Origin: a virus
DNA: 64,000 nucleotides
Strand: one strand, 5' to 3'
IMG/VR virus record: IMGVR_UViG_3300042691_038416
Location: 60,140 to 124,139 of that record
The position numbers and the translations under genes were made by a program. Under the pieces are notes generated by a model. It had not been told where the DNA came from and did no database searches. It saw only the letters and a list, made by a program, of their open reading frames with translations. Below, one piece after another: positions 1 to 7,897 of the stretch (its first letter is position 1; every line of letters starts with the position of its first letter).

Positions 1-126
1 ATAAGCCTGTTTAGACGATGAACATGATGTCATTGCCATCATAATCGCTAGAATAATTAGTGTAGCAGTAGCTGCTTGAAATGTTGACATCACTAGATGT
101 TGTGTGAAATTTAAAGCTTTTTTCAT
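1..126 (-). CDS. Putative lipoprotein, 3'-truncated by window edge
   Basis: Hand translation MKKALNFTQHLVMSTFQAATATLIILAIMMAMTSCSSSK; hydrophobic stretch plus lipobox Cys; promoter at 153-184. Confidence 0.6.
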   Translation of the reverse strand, partial: MKKALNFTQHLVMSTFQAATATLIILAIMMAMTSCSSSKQAY

Positions 127-152
127 GTGTTTATGTTTTTAAATTATTTTAC

Positions 153-184
153 TAAATATAAATTATATTATTAAATAATCCTAG
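153..184 (-). promoter_or_regulatory. Bacteroidota-type -33/-7 promoter (CTAG-N20-TATATTTA), first of ~36 copies
   Basis: Same architecture at 478,794,1406,1810,2018,2776,3043,3486,4101,4357,4877,5268,6101,6761,7224,7886,8706,9578,10120,11977,12555,13461,15043,16289,16520,21498,23783,25067,26171,29874,43985,50381,53594,56842,63873; resembles Bacteroides TTTG-N19-21-TAnnTTTG. Confidence 0.85.
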
Positions 185-459
185 CGCTGCCACTCAGCAG
201 CTGTCCCCCAGTACTCAATACAAAACGAATCACATCTGGTAATTTGCATCTTATATCCCTCAGTTTGCTTATAAAATTCAAGTGCGGCGATTGAATCTTT
301 AGTGTCCATAATAAAAAAGTTGGTGGTGATTGACCCTGATACATCCTGGCCACCATAAAGTTTAGCCTTATTTATGAAAGACGCTTTATACATGTGTCCA
401 TCTTTCTTACAGGCAGTCATACTTAAAATTGCAAACGCGATAACGGCTAATTTTTTCAT
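181..459 (-). CDS. Putative lipoprotein (paralogue of 506-775)
   Basis: Signal peptide ending SMTAC; shares TTxF..YKxT..DS.YWGT..EW with 506-775. Confidence 0.75.
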   Translation of the reverse strand: MKKLAVIAFAILSMTACKKDGHMYKASFINKAKLYGGQDVSGSITTNFFIMDTKDSIAALEFYKQTEGYKMQITRCDSFCIEYWGTAAEWQR

Positions 460-505
460 GTGCTTTTTATTTTTGTTTGAATATAAGTTAATGGACCTGG
501 TGATC

Positions 506-775
506 CTATCTACCTTGTGCTTTCCACTCCTTGCGAGTACCCCAATATGTGATTGTAACTGAGTCTGACTTAGGCATCAGTTCCTTAAACACAGACGTTT
601 CCTTATACCAGTCCCAGCAGGCGGTATCTTCCTTAGACACGTGAATAAAATCTGTTGTCACTAACATGCCTGTGTTTTCTAACTCCTGGTAGTAGGCGAC
701 CTCGTAAACATATTTTTTGCTAGCGCATGAGGCGAAGATTGAAGATGATATAATAATAATAATTAATTTTTTCAT
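506..775 (-). CDS. Putative lipoprotein, own start inside the long ORF
   Basis: MKKLIIIIISSSIFASC lipobox; own promoter-like element at 794-825; paralogue of 181-459. Confidence 0.7.
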   Translation of the reverse strand: MKKLIIIIISSSIFASCASKKYVYEVAYYQELENTGMLVTTDFIHVSKEDTACWDWYKETSVFKELMPKSDSVTITYWGTRKEWKAQGR

Positions 776-1384
776 ATAATTTTTAATTTTAGATGAACAT
801 AGGATAAAAGAATCTGCTTCCCTAGCAGGTACTCCCTCGGGCTCAAAGTACCAGCGCTGGTTATTATAATCTGCTATTTTATTTACCTCGGCAAGTTCAC
901 CGTAGGAATTTTTTACGTGCTCAAAGATCATCTTATAGTCTGGCGAATCACCTGGTATCACGCCTCCTAAGAGGTCGGCGAACCTAGAGTTTGAGGCATC
1001 GACGGTCTCTTGATCCGCAGACACCCCACAGTAACTAGCCTCTTTAACCTCGCTGATAAACATCCCAGTGTAGAGACCTTTTAGGCGGTGCCGTCCGACA
1101 AATTGATCTGCGTTGCACCAGATGAAAATACAGTGCTTGTCTCTTAAAAGTGGAACCTGCTTTTCTCCTACGGCATATAATCCTTCGCCTATCCTAGAGA
1201 CATTCATCAATCCATAAGGTGTCCCGTGGCCCATCATCAAAATTTGATCGTGCGAGCGGATTTCCTTCTCCAGACGGTGTCTAGAAACTCCTTTTGTTAA
1301 CACAGTAGCACCCTCTAGGCCGCTGTAGATAGGGCGAAGAAAATCTGTTGATCGATCGTCTGGATGAATGATTAAGGTTTTCAT
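506..1384 (-). CDS. Hypothetical protein (MKTLIIHPDD...) reading in-frame into the downstream lipoprotein
   Basis: Promoter at 1406-1437 places start at 1384, not 1465; MGHG and WCNAD motifs. Confidence 0.55.
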   Translation of the reverse strand: MKTLIIHPDDRSTDFLRPIYSGLEGATVLTKGVSRHRLEKEIRSHDQILMMGHGTPYGLMNVSRIGEGLYAVGEKQVPLLRDKHCIFIWCNADQFVGRHRLKGLYTGMFISEVKEASYCGVSADQETVDASNSRFADLLGGVIPGDSPDYKMIFEHVKNSYGELAEVNKIADYNNQRWYFEPEGVPAREADSFILCSSKIKNYMKKLIIIIISSSIFASCASKKYVYEVAYYQELENTGMLVTTDFIHVSKEDTACWDWYKETSVFKELMPKSDSVTITYWGTRKEWKAQGR

Positions 1385-1465
1385 AGGCTGTAATTTTATA
1401 ATTATTAAATATAAGGCGAGGGGTAAGGGGACCCTAACCGGGTCCCTTCCCTTTACTTTAACCAA

Positions 1466-1765
1466 TTAACCTCTTTCTAATTCAACAACATCTGAATTAT
1501 TCTTCTTGGCTAACGCTACTTGGCGCTTTGAATTTACATTAACCGGCCTTCCCTTCTTAAGCTCAATTCCATTACTAACCTTCTCATTACGCTTCTTAAT
1601 AATTTCTTGGCGCTTAGATCCCTCAATAACTGGGCGACCTCGTTTCAACAACCCCGCCTCTCGTTTGGCGTTACGATCTTGAATTTTCATTTGACGTGCA
1701 CTGTTTGGATTAGCTGGACGTCCTTTTTGTTTTGTTTCTGTGGTGTTTGTGATTGTGTTTTTCAT
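1466..1765 (-). CDS. Basic DNA-binding protein with three AT-hook-like GRP repeats
   Basis: KGRPANPNSARQ / KRGRPVIEGSKRQ / KKGRPVNVNSKRQ. Confidence 0.65.
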   Translation of the reverse strand: MKNTITNTTETKQKGRPANPNSARQMKIQDRNAKREAGLLKRGRPVIEGSKRQEIIKKRNEKVSNGIELKKGRPVNVNSKRQVALAKKNNSDVVELERG

Positions 1766-1842
1766 AACCTTTTTTTTTAATTGTTTTTATTATTTATTTT
1801 TTAACATTTTAAATATATGTAACTGAACCCTGAAATCCTAAC

Positions 1843-1998
1843 TTAAAATTGAATCAAATCAATTGCTTTTGTTCCAATACTTTTCCCATTCTTATAAACC
1901 CAATAATTTGGATCCATACCTGATGCCATGATGTCATCTAATAATTCATGAATGGTGTTGAATTTCTTTTTGTAATACTTACAGTTGAGTGTGTACAT
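1843..1998 (-). CDS. Small hypothetical protein (51 aa, not in ORF track)
   Basis: MYTLNCKYY...DLIQF; promoter at 2018-2049. Confidence 0.6.
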   Translation of the reverse strand: MYTLNCKYYKKKFNTIHELLDDIMASGMDPNYWVYKNGKSIGTKAIDLIQF

Positions 1999-2079
1999 AT
2001 CTTATTTTTCTTTTATTTAAATATAAGTAACAGGATCCTGTATGCCTAACCTGGCCTTAAAAATGGAAATAAACGTTTT

Positions 2080-2112
2080 AAAAAGCGGAGAGCGCCCACA
2101 ACAGCGCCCTCC
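2080..2112 (-). terminator. Rho-independent terminator of the RNA cluster
   Basis: GGAGGGCGC-loop-GCGCTCTCC followed by GCTTTTT on minus strand. Confidence 0.65.
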
Positions 2113-2147
2113 TAAAACACACACATGAAAATCACTATAAACACTAG

Positions 2148-2246
2148 TCGCTGAGGTGAGATTCGAACTCACATTTTCTACTCTGGCCTTAACCGCGGGT
2201 TGACCTTTTTCGAGGTGTTATCCATTTAATTTTACACTACTCAGCT
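2148..2246 (-). ncRNA. tRNA-like RNA with extended, non-canonical anticodon arm
   Basis: GCTGAG/CTCAGC acceptor, GTGT/ACAC D stem, GTGAG-TTCGAAT-CTCAC T arm; no 7-nt anticodon loop. Confidence 0.7.
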
Positions 2247-2339
2247 TGGCTCTGCCTCTTATGAGGTGGCTTTATACATCAGCCTTGGGTCTCAAACCCT
2301 CAGAACCTGAATTGGCCCGTCGGCCCCATCCGTCGATGG
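2247..2339 (-). ncRNA. Candidate structured RNA: two C(GACG)G hairpins plus a 61-nt four-way junction
   Basis: GGTTCTG/CAGAGCC closing stem with GGGT/ACCC, GGCT/AGCC and CCTC/GAGG arms; GC-rich island. Confidence 0.55.
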
Positions 2340-2343
2340 TTTG

Positions 2344-2416
2344 TTGCGGAGACAGGAATCGAACCTGTGACCTCCAGGTTATGAGCCTGGCGAGCTACCT
2401 CTGCTACCACTCCGCG
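2344..2416 (-). tRNA. tRNA-Met(CAT), initiator-like
   Basis: CCAGG-CTCATAA-CCTGG anticodon arm; C1-A72 mismatch; TTCGA T loop; no encoded CCA. Confidence 0.92.
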
Positions 2417-2427
2417 ATATTTCTTTG

Positions 2428-2512
2428 TACTCGGGGCGGGGGTCGAACCCGCACGGCCTCTTCGGCCAAGGGATTTTAAGTCCCTCGTGTATACCAGTTT
2501 CACCACCCGAGC
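2428..2512 (-). tRNA. tRNA-Leu(TAA)
   Basis: AGGGA-CTTAAAA-TCCCT anticodon arm; long variable arm GGCC-GAAGA-GGCC. Confidence 0.95.
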
Positions 2513-2518
2513 ATACTT

Positions 2519-2755
2519 TTAATTCACATTCACTTCAATCGTACCTAACATCTCTGACTCTAACACTTCTAAAACACACTCTACTATGTGAACCTTCCTT
2601 GGCTCTAACTTTGGCTTTAACCCTGGCTCTACTCCCAGTACTTCATTTAATATTTCTAATAATTCCTCTGGCTCTAAGCCCACTATATTCATTACTGTTT
2701 CCACTGGATGGCCTGCGGCTATCATTTGGAGTGCTGTGTGTGATTTGTTTTTCAT
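2519..2755 (-). CDS. Hypothetical early protein
   Basis: ORF with promoter 2776-2807 and AAAGGTT-ATG leader. Confidence 0.65.
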   Translation of the reverse strand: MKNKSHTALQMIAAGHPVETVMNIVGLEPEELLEILNEVLGVEPGLKPKLEPRKVHIVECVLEVLESEMLGTIEVNVN

Positions 2756-2809
2756 AACCTTTTTTTCTTATAAATTAAATATATGAAGCTGGATTTTGAA
2801 AGCCAAATC

Positions 2810-3016
2810 TTACTTTGAAAGAATTTCTTGAATTTCTTGTTTAACAGAATCAGACATTGGTGCCCCTGAAGTTTCATAACACCACAATAATTGTTTAGCC
2901 AACAATTTTTTGTCCTGTAATGAAATGTTGTCGTTCCATTTTAGTAATCCTGTAATTGTTCCTGTCATGTAACTTGAAAGTGAACTTAAGGTGAAATACT
3001 TTTCAGCGTAATCCAT
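2810..3016 (-). CDS. Hypothetical early protein
   Basis: ORF with promoter 3043-3074. Confidence 0.65.
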   Translation of the reverse strand: MDYAEKYFTLSSLSSYMTGTITGLLKWNDNISLQDKKLLAKQLLWCYETSGAPMSDSVKQEIQEILSK

Positions 3017-3246
3017 AGTGTCTTTGTGTTTTTTATTATGATTAAATATATGAAGTTGAATCTAGTAAGCCAAATTTGGGGGTATATCCTTATATCTCTT
3101 GTATAGGGGAGAAGGGGGCGGGATCGCAACAGGGGGGTTACCTTACCACCACTCTCCTATCACCCATTCATCTCCACACCTGTCACATACTATACTTATA
3201 TACATATTTGTTTATATTGTTATAGGACAGGTGTGACATACGTTTG

Positions 3247-3462
3247 TCACCCATTTCTCTCCATCTCATCCACTTTATCTTGAATCTGCTCCATTAGGAT
3301 TGGATCACTTATCTCATATCCACTTTTGGTCCTCAATGTACAATCAATCACTTTACCTTCCTCATTCAACCATTCTTTATAGAACACCACCTCACCTGTT
3401 TCAAGTTGAAATCGATATTCCGCCTCTGTCACTGTTGATTTACTTGTGAATAATAGTTCCAT
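3247..3462 (-). CDS. Hypothetical early protein
   Basis: ORF with promoter 3486-3517. Confidence 0.65.
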   Translation of the reverse strand: MELLFTSKSTVTEAEYRFQLETGEVVFYKEWLNEEGKVIDCTLRTKSGYEISDPILMEQIQDKVDEMERNG

Positions 3463-3513
3463 GTGTTTTTATTTTTTATTTGAATTGAATATATGTTATC
3501 CTACTTTGTAAGC

Positions 3514-3810
3514 CTATCCCAAAAATACCTTCAACGTCCTACCCCCATCTTGATATGACAATTCAATATCTATAAAATCATTTGTTTCCTTATACAATGT
3601 CATAATCCGTCCCGCTCGCATACTGTTTTTAGCATGATTGATCACCTCAAATCGAGTCACGTTATAATCATTTTTCAATTGATGTAACATTTGTTCTTTC
3701 AACCCTACCTGTTCAATGATGTATTGCATTGTTTCCCCATCCACATCCATTTCATTTAGTGTTTGAATGATGTAGTTGATTCTTGCTTCGTTGTGTTCTG
3801 AGTGTGTCAT
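3514..3810 (-). CDS. Hypothetical protein
   Basis: ORF; TAG stop lies in the -33 box of the next promoter. Confidence 0.65.
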   Translation of the reverse strand: MTHSEHNEARINYIIQTLNEMDVDGETMQYIIEQVGLKEQMLHQLKNDYNVTRFEVINHAKNSMRAGRIMTLYKETNDFIDIELSYQDGGRTLKVFLG

Positions 3811-3819
3811 GTTATTTTC

Positions 3820-4080
3820 TTATTTATTGATTCTTACCATATATTGTCCTTCCACGATACGATCTGCTTCTGTATATCCCGCTGAATCGTATTCAGGGCC
3901 TTCATCTGTTATTTCTTCCACATCATATTCAGATTCATATCCTCCATCTACAGTTTCATCGTTACCTTCTACATCTCCATTCATTACTCGTTCTAAAGCA
4001 TCTTGTTCATTTTCTGCTTCAACTTCATATACCCATAAATGGTGTATTACTCGTGTTTCTGTGATTGCAAATTTTTTCAT
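3820..4080 (-). CDS. Acidic hypothetical protein
   Basis: ORF with promoter 4101-4132; EVEAENEQDALE motif. Confidence 0.65.
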   Translation of the reverse strand: MKKFAITETRVIHHLWVYEVEAENEQDALERVMNGDVEGNDETVDGGYESEYDVEEITDEGPEYDSAGYTEADRIVEGQYMVRINK

Positions 4081-4131
4081 ATGCTTCTTTTTTAACAGTT
4101 TAAATATATGTAACCAAACTTTGGAATCCTA

Positions 4132-4329
4132 TTATTTAAACTCCATTACTAATTTACGAGCCGTATTTGGACTTGAATGAACCAAATTAACAAAATCAAA
4201 ACTACCCGAATTGTTAAATGCGGTTTTAATTGCTTCATTCCACGCTGTACTCTTGTACTTCAATTTTGAGTCCAAGTTGCGTAGTTTCTCAATTAACTGT
4301 TGTTTTTCGATTGTGCTTTTTCTTACCAT
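4132..4329 (-). CDS. Hypothetical protein
   Basis: ORF with promoter 4357-4388. Confidence 0.6.
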   Translation of the reverse strand: MVRKSTIEKQQLIEKLRNLDSKLKYKSTAWNEAIKTAFNNSGSFDFVNLVHSSPNTARKLVMEFK

Positions 4330-4384
4330 GTGTGTTATGTGTTTTTATTATTTATTTAAATATATGTCAAAGAATCTTGGAATC

Positions 4385-4555
4385 CTAATACCACTCATAC
4401 CATAAATTTAGCAGTTGAGTTGTGAATATGATCACTGCTATTCCGGCGCACGTCATTCGTGTTCCATATAATTGTCGTTTATTTTTAAACCATTTTTCAG
4501 GTAACACATTTGCCGCAATTAGGAGCGACCATCCTATAATGTTTAATACGAACAT
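4385..4555 (-). CDS. Small membrane protein (56 aa, not in ORF track)
   Basis: MFVLNIIGWSLLIAANV...; two hydrophobic segments; TAG stop in -33 box. Confidence 0.55.
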   Translation of the reverse strand: MFVLNIIGWSLLIAANVLPEKWFKNKRQLYGTRMTCAGIAVIIFTTQLLNLWYEWY

Positions 4556-4651
4556 GTTTTATTTATTTTATATTTTTTAATTAAATGTTGTTCCCAATGA
4601 TAACATAAGTATCCTGACGCTATCACAGCTCCGATTAGTGATGCTATCATA

Positions 4652-4852
4652 TTATTTTTCATTTTTATATTGTTCCAAACACTTCTCACACCCAATATGG
4701 TCTACTCCTTCAATTCGGGCCCAATTACTTGCTAGTGCTGGTGTGCCACATAAGTTACCTGTTCCTGATTTGTAAATGTGCGCTGTGTTGCTCCACACAT
4801 TACCTTTGTTTCCATAAATGGAATAACCTGATTTAAGATCTTTTGTGTTCAT
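4652..4852 (-). CDS. Small Cys/His protein (possible zinc binder)
   Basis: H..LCG...CEKC; promoter 4877-4908. Confidence 0.6.
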   Translation of the reverse strand: MNTKDLKSGYSIYGNKGNVWSNTAHIYKSGTGNLCGTPALASNWARIEGVDHIGCEKCLEQYKNEK

Positions 4853-4904
4853 ATGTTTGTGTTTTTTATAACTTATTAAATATATGTCACTGGATTCTGT
4901 AGTC

Positions 4905-5243
4905 CTAGCCTTCTATTTTCTCCATCATTCCATTAGCAATTGCTCTTATTTTAATATCATCAAAGTTTGATTCACCTTTACAAAAGATGATCCAAAATGC
5001 AACCTCATCCGCGTCAACCCATCCCTTGACTTGGTCATGTCCAAAATCAAACCAATTTCCATCCTTATCCCATATGGCTATCTCAGCTGTGCTTGATTCC
5101 ACTCTATCCATTTTCATTTCGCCTTGAATAGGTGCAGTCAGGTTTCTTCGTTCACAGTAGCTTCCTGTCCCGAATTGAACGGATATTGTGATTCCGTTTT
5201 TGAATTCCATTTGGAATCCTTTATTTTGTGTTGATCTAAACAT
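4905..5243 (-). CDS. Hypothetical phage protein
   Basis: FKNGITISVQFG..YC..STAEIAIW; promoter 5268-5299. Confidence 0.7.
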   Translation of the reverse strand: MFRSTQNKGFQMEFKNGITISVQFGTGSYCERRNLTAPIQGEMKMDRVESSTAEIAIWDKDGNWFDFGHDQVKGWVDADEVAFWIIFCKGESNFDDIKIRAIANGMMEKIEG

Positions 5244-5300
5244 AACCTTTTATTTTTTTATTTAGACTAAATATATGACGCCTTATCCTGTTTGCCTAAC

Positions 5301-5519
5301 CTACTTAATATCAAGTATTTTAATAATTATGTAAGCAGTTATTAGTAACAAAAACACTGCTACCATTAACGCTACAGGTAACCATAGTGGGGCCAAAACC
5401 CAACCCCAACCCCAATCAATCACATTTGTTAGTTTTAGTGTTATAAACACTATTGTTAACACCATTAATGTATCAATTGATGGTCCCTCAAATTTGACTA
5501 CTGTTTTTTTATCATCCAT
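5301..5519 (-). CDS. Small membrane protein
   Basis: FITLKLTNVIDWGWGWVLAPLW, two TM segments. Confidence 0.7.
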   Translation of the reverse strand: MDDKKTVVKFEGPSIDTLMVLTIVFITLKLTNVIDWGWGWVLAPLWLPVALMVAVFLLLITAYIIIKILDIK

Positions 5520-5785
5520 TAGAACTCATAATTATCGTGAACATCATTATCATAATTGTCATACTCCTCCCATTCCTCAGGATATGTTTCTAAATACTCT
5601 GTGTCACAATGACTCAAAATAACATCCAACAAATAATCATAATCACCACTCATAGCCTCATCTAAGACCTGTTTTGTTTCTTCTTTAGACCATCCTGCTT
5701 CACGCGCGGCCACTTGGAACGCTCCCATAATAACAAAAGCGTTACCGTTAATACCAACTAGGTTAAGTTTTACTTTGTTTTTCAT
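5519..5785 (-). CDS. Hypothetical phage protein
   Basis: LVGINGNAF..AMSGDYDYLL motif. Confidence 0.7.
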   Translation of the reverse strand: MKNKVKLNLVGINGNAFVIMGAFQVAAREAGWSKEETKQVLDEAMSGDYDYLLDVILSHCDTEYLETYPEEWEEYDNYDNDVHDNYEF

Positions 5786-5790
5786 ATGTG

Positions 5791-6075
5791 TTATGCTTTA
5801 TCAATTACATTATCAATAGGTACCTTTTTGCCATTTGAACGGCCTGGAAATACAACTGAAATGACTGCTCTATCTTCATACATGCCAAATCCAGCTACTT
5901 GTTTCACTTTACCTCGGAAATTACCATTACTAAACCTAACAATAACTGTGTCACCAACACCTACTACTTTGTCATTTAACAAACGCAATTTGTACTCACC
6001 ATCATTGAAGGCGTTACTATTTGGTCGTTGTGCCCAAAAAATTCTGTCTTGTTTTAATGCTTCATTTCTGTCCAT
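5791..6075 (-). CDS. Hypothetical protein (SH3/KOW-like?)
   Basis: VGDTVIV..GKV; promoter 6101-6132. Confidence 0.6.
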   Translation of the reverse strand: MDRNEALKQDRIFWAQRPNSNAFNDGEYKLRLLNDKVVGVGDTVIVRFSNGNFRGKVKQVAGFGMYEDRAVISVVFPGRSNGKKVPIDNVIDKA

Positions 6076-6128
6076 AACCTTTATTTTTTTTTTATTTACT
6101 TAAATATATGTTAATAGATTCTGAAATC

Positions 6129-6410
6129 CTAATTCTCATCAAAATAATTTCCTTCATCTTTAGAAAAAGCTGAGCCATGATCCGGTTCATCCGGGAAACC
6201 ATAATCATCTTCTTCATCATCAGGAAACATAGCGTTCCATTCATCTTCAGTAATACCGGTCATGAAAAATTCACGTTCAGCCGCTGTTAAGTTAGGAAAT
6301 GCGTACTGTATTTTCATTCCTCTCTCATAATCAAGTAATTGCTGTTGTGTGATGTTTAGATCCAATGTTCTAGTCACACCTGAGACCTGTGATTTTCTAG
6401 TTACTTCCAT
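6129..6410 (-). CDS. Hypothetical phage protein
   Basis: IQYAFPNLTAAEREFFMTGITEDEW motif. Confidence 0.7.
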   Translation of the reverse strand: MEVTRKSQVSGVTRTLDLNITQQQLLDYERGMKIQYAFPNLTAAEREFFMTGITEDEWNAMFPDDEEDDYGFPDEPDHGSAFSKDEGNYFDEN

Positions 6411-6627
6411 TTTTGTAAACAGTTATATCATTTAAACACATTGCATGACGCCACATACCAGAGTCCTCAAATAGACCCATAACCAATTCAGCATCACCTT
6501 TTGCTTGTTGTAACGCGTATGTTACTTCATTAAGTATTTCTTCACTATGATTAGCTGCTACCTGATGGTAGTGTTCACTTTCAGTTACAAACTGATCAAC
6601 AGCTTGTTCGATTTCTTCTTTATTCAT
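6397..6627 (-). CDS. Hypothetical protein
   Basis: ORF overlapping neighbours in operon. Confidence 0.6.
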   Translation of the reverse strand: MNKEEIEQAVDQFVTESEHYHQVAANHSEEILNEVTYALQQAKGDAELVMGLFEDSGMWRHAMCLNDITVYKNGSN

Positions 6628-6754
6628 GACTAAATTTATTATTTCTAGGTTTACGTTTATATGCTTTTTTACTTGGAACCGTTTTTTGAGTAGTTCTAAT
6701 CTGTTGGATTTGTAAATCCCTTCTTAATGATCCGGTTGTGTTTTCTGTTTTCAT
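6620..6754 (-). CDS. Small basic protein
   Basis: Start at 6754 downstream of promoter 6761-6792; PSKKAYKRK. Confidence 0.55.
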   Translation of the reverse strand: MKTENTTGSLRRDLQIQQIRTTQKTVPSKKAYKRKPRNNKFSHE

Positions 6755-6812
6755 ATAATATAAATATAAGTTAAGGAGCTCAGTTACCCAAGCTCCCTTC
6801 CTTACCATCTAA

Positions 6813-7202
6813 TTATTCTTGTACTTCAACTAATGTATTTTCTACAATCGGTTCTACAATTGCTGGGTAACAGTTGTAAACTTCATCCATGATTCCATTG
6901 TCATCATATGAACACTCAATAATGCCTTTAATGTTTCGTTTTATTTCACGTTGATCAATGTTTAGATCCACTGTAAAATCTCTACCATAATTGTTGTTAA
7001 TTTCAATTTCAATTGAATCTTCATCCAAGTCAAATTCATTGTCAATTTGAAAATTGATTGATTCAACTAATGATGAGGCAATGTGTTTAACAAATCGTTC
7101 CATTTGTTCTTTTGTGAATGTGAATTCTGCTTTAGCAGTTTCCATTTCTGATACGGCCTTATTTAAGGCGTCCAATTGTGTTTTGATGTCTTGTAAGTTC
7201 AT
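6813..7202 (-). CDS. Hypothetical protein
   Basis: ORF with promoter 7224-7255. Confidence 0.65.
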   Translation of the reverse strand: MNLQDIKTQLDALNKAVSEMETAKAEFTFTKEQMERFVKHIASSLVESINFQIDNEFDLDEDSIEIEINNNYGRDFTVDLNIDQREIKRNIKGIIECSYDDNGIMDEVYNCYPAIVEPIVENTLVEVQE

Positions 7203-7251
7203 ATGTGCTTTTTTTATTTGAACTAAATATAAGTTAATTTACTCTGAAAAC

Positions 7252-7455
7252 CTATTCCTCTTCTTCCTCATAAGGCCAAGTAGATGGATTATCAAAAACA
7301 TCATCAAACCACTCCATTTCAAACAGTTGAAGTGCTTCTATAGCCTGAGATCCTTCTAAATAATTGTTAATTATCCATTCCAAAATAGTTTCATTTGGAA
7401 TACCCCTTTCATTTAAACGTTCCAATAATACTTTAACTTGTTTTCGGTTTGTCAT
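7252..7455 (-). CDS. Hypothetical protein, paralogue of 7483-7707
   Basis: TNR..LL..L...GI....L...I..Y.....A..AL...E.E.F shared. Confidence 0.65.
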   Translation of the reverse strand: MTNRKQVKVLLERLNERGIPNETILEWIINNYLEGSQAIEALQLFEMEWFDDVFDNPSTWPYEEEEE

Positions 7456-7482
7456 TTTCAGTTTAAATATATGTTTATGAAT

Positions 7483-7707
7483 TTAGTCTTCGTCCTTCAC
7501 TTTATACTTACTGTTTGAGTACTCATCATCATACTCATCTTCATTTCCGAAAAATTCTTGTTCTGCTGCTAATAGAGCTTGATATGCTTCATTTGCATCC
7601 ATATAATCCCTAATTAAATAATCTAATAATGAACTAGATGTGATACCATCTCCTTCATTAGTTAATTTATCCAAAAGCATTAGCGCTCGTTCACGATTAG
7701 TTTTCAT
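7483..7707 (-). CDS. Hypothetical protein, paralogue of 7252-7455
   Basis: Shared pattern as above; acidic tail. Confidence 0.65.
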   Translation of the reverse strand: MKTNRERALMLLDKLTNEGDGITSSSLLDYLIRDYMDANEAYQALLAAEQEFFGNEDEYDDEYSNSKYKVKDED

Positions 7708-7897
7708 TTGGCATAACAGTTTTTTGAATATTCAATACTCGTTTTTTATCACTTGGTTTGTAGTATTCTTTAGCAATCATAATTGCTTCAACTAAATCAT
7801 AATTAACTCGAGTACGACCCCATTTTGTTGATTGTAAGTCGTTTCTAAAGAATGGTGAGAATATCATATTTTTTTTTATTTAGATTAAATATATGTT

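Noticed and set aside
2270-2290. Hammerhead ribozyme (CTGATG seen)
   Set aside because: The full CUGAnGA core and the GAAA partner segment are absent.
2246-2757. Track ORFs 2246-2479(+), 2300-2506(-), 2425-2757(+)
   Set aside because: They overlap tRNA/ncRNA genes; spurious.
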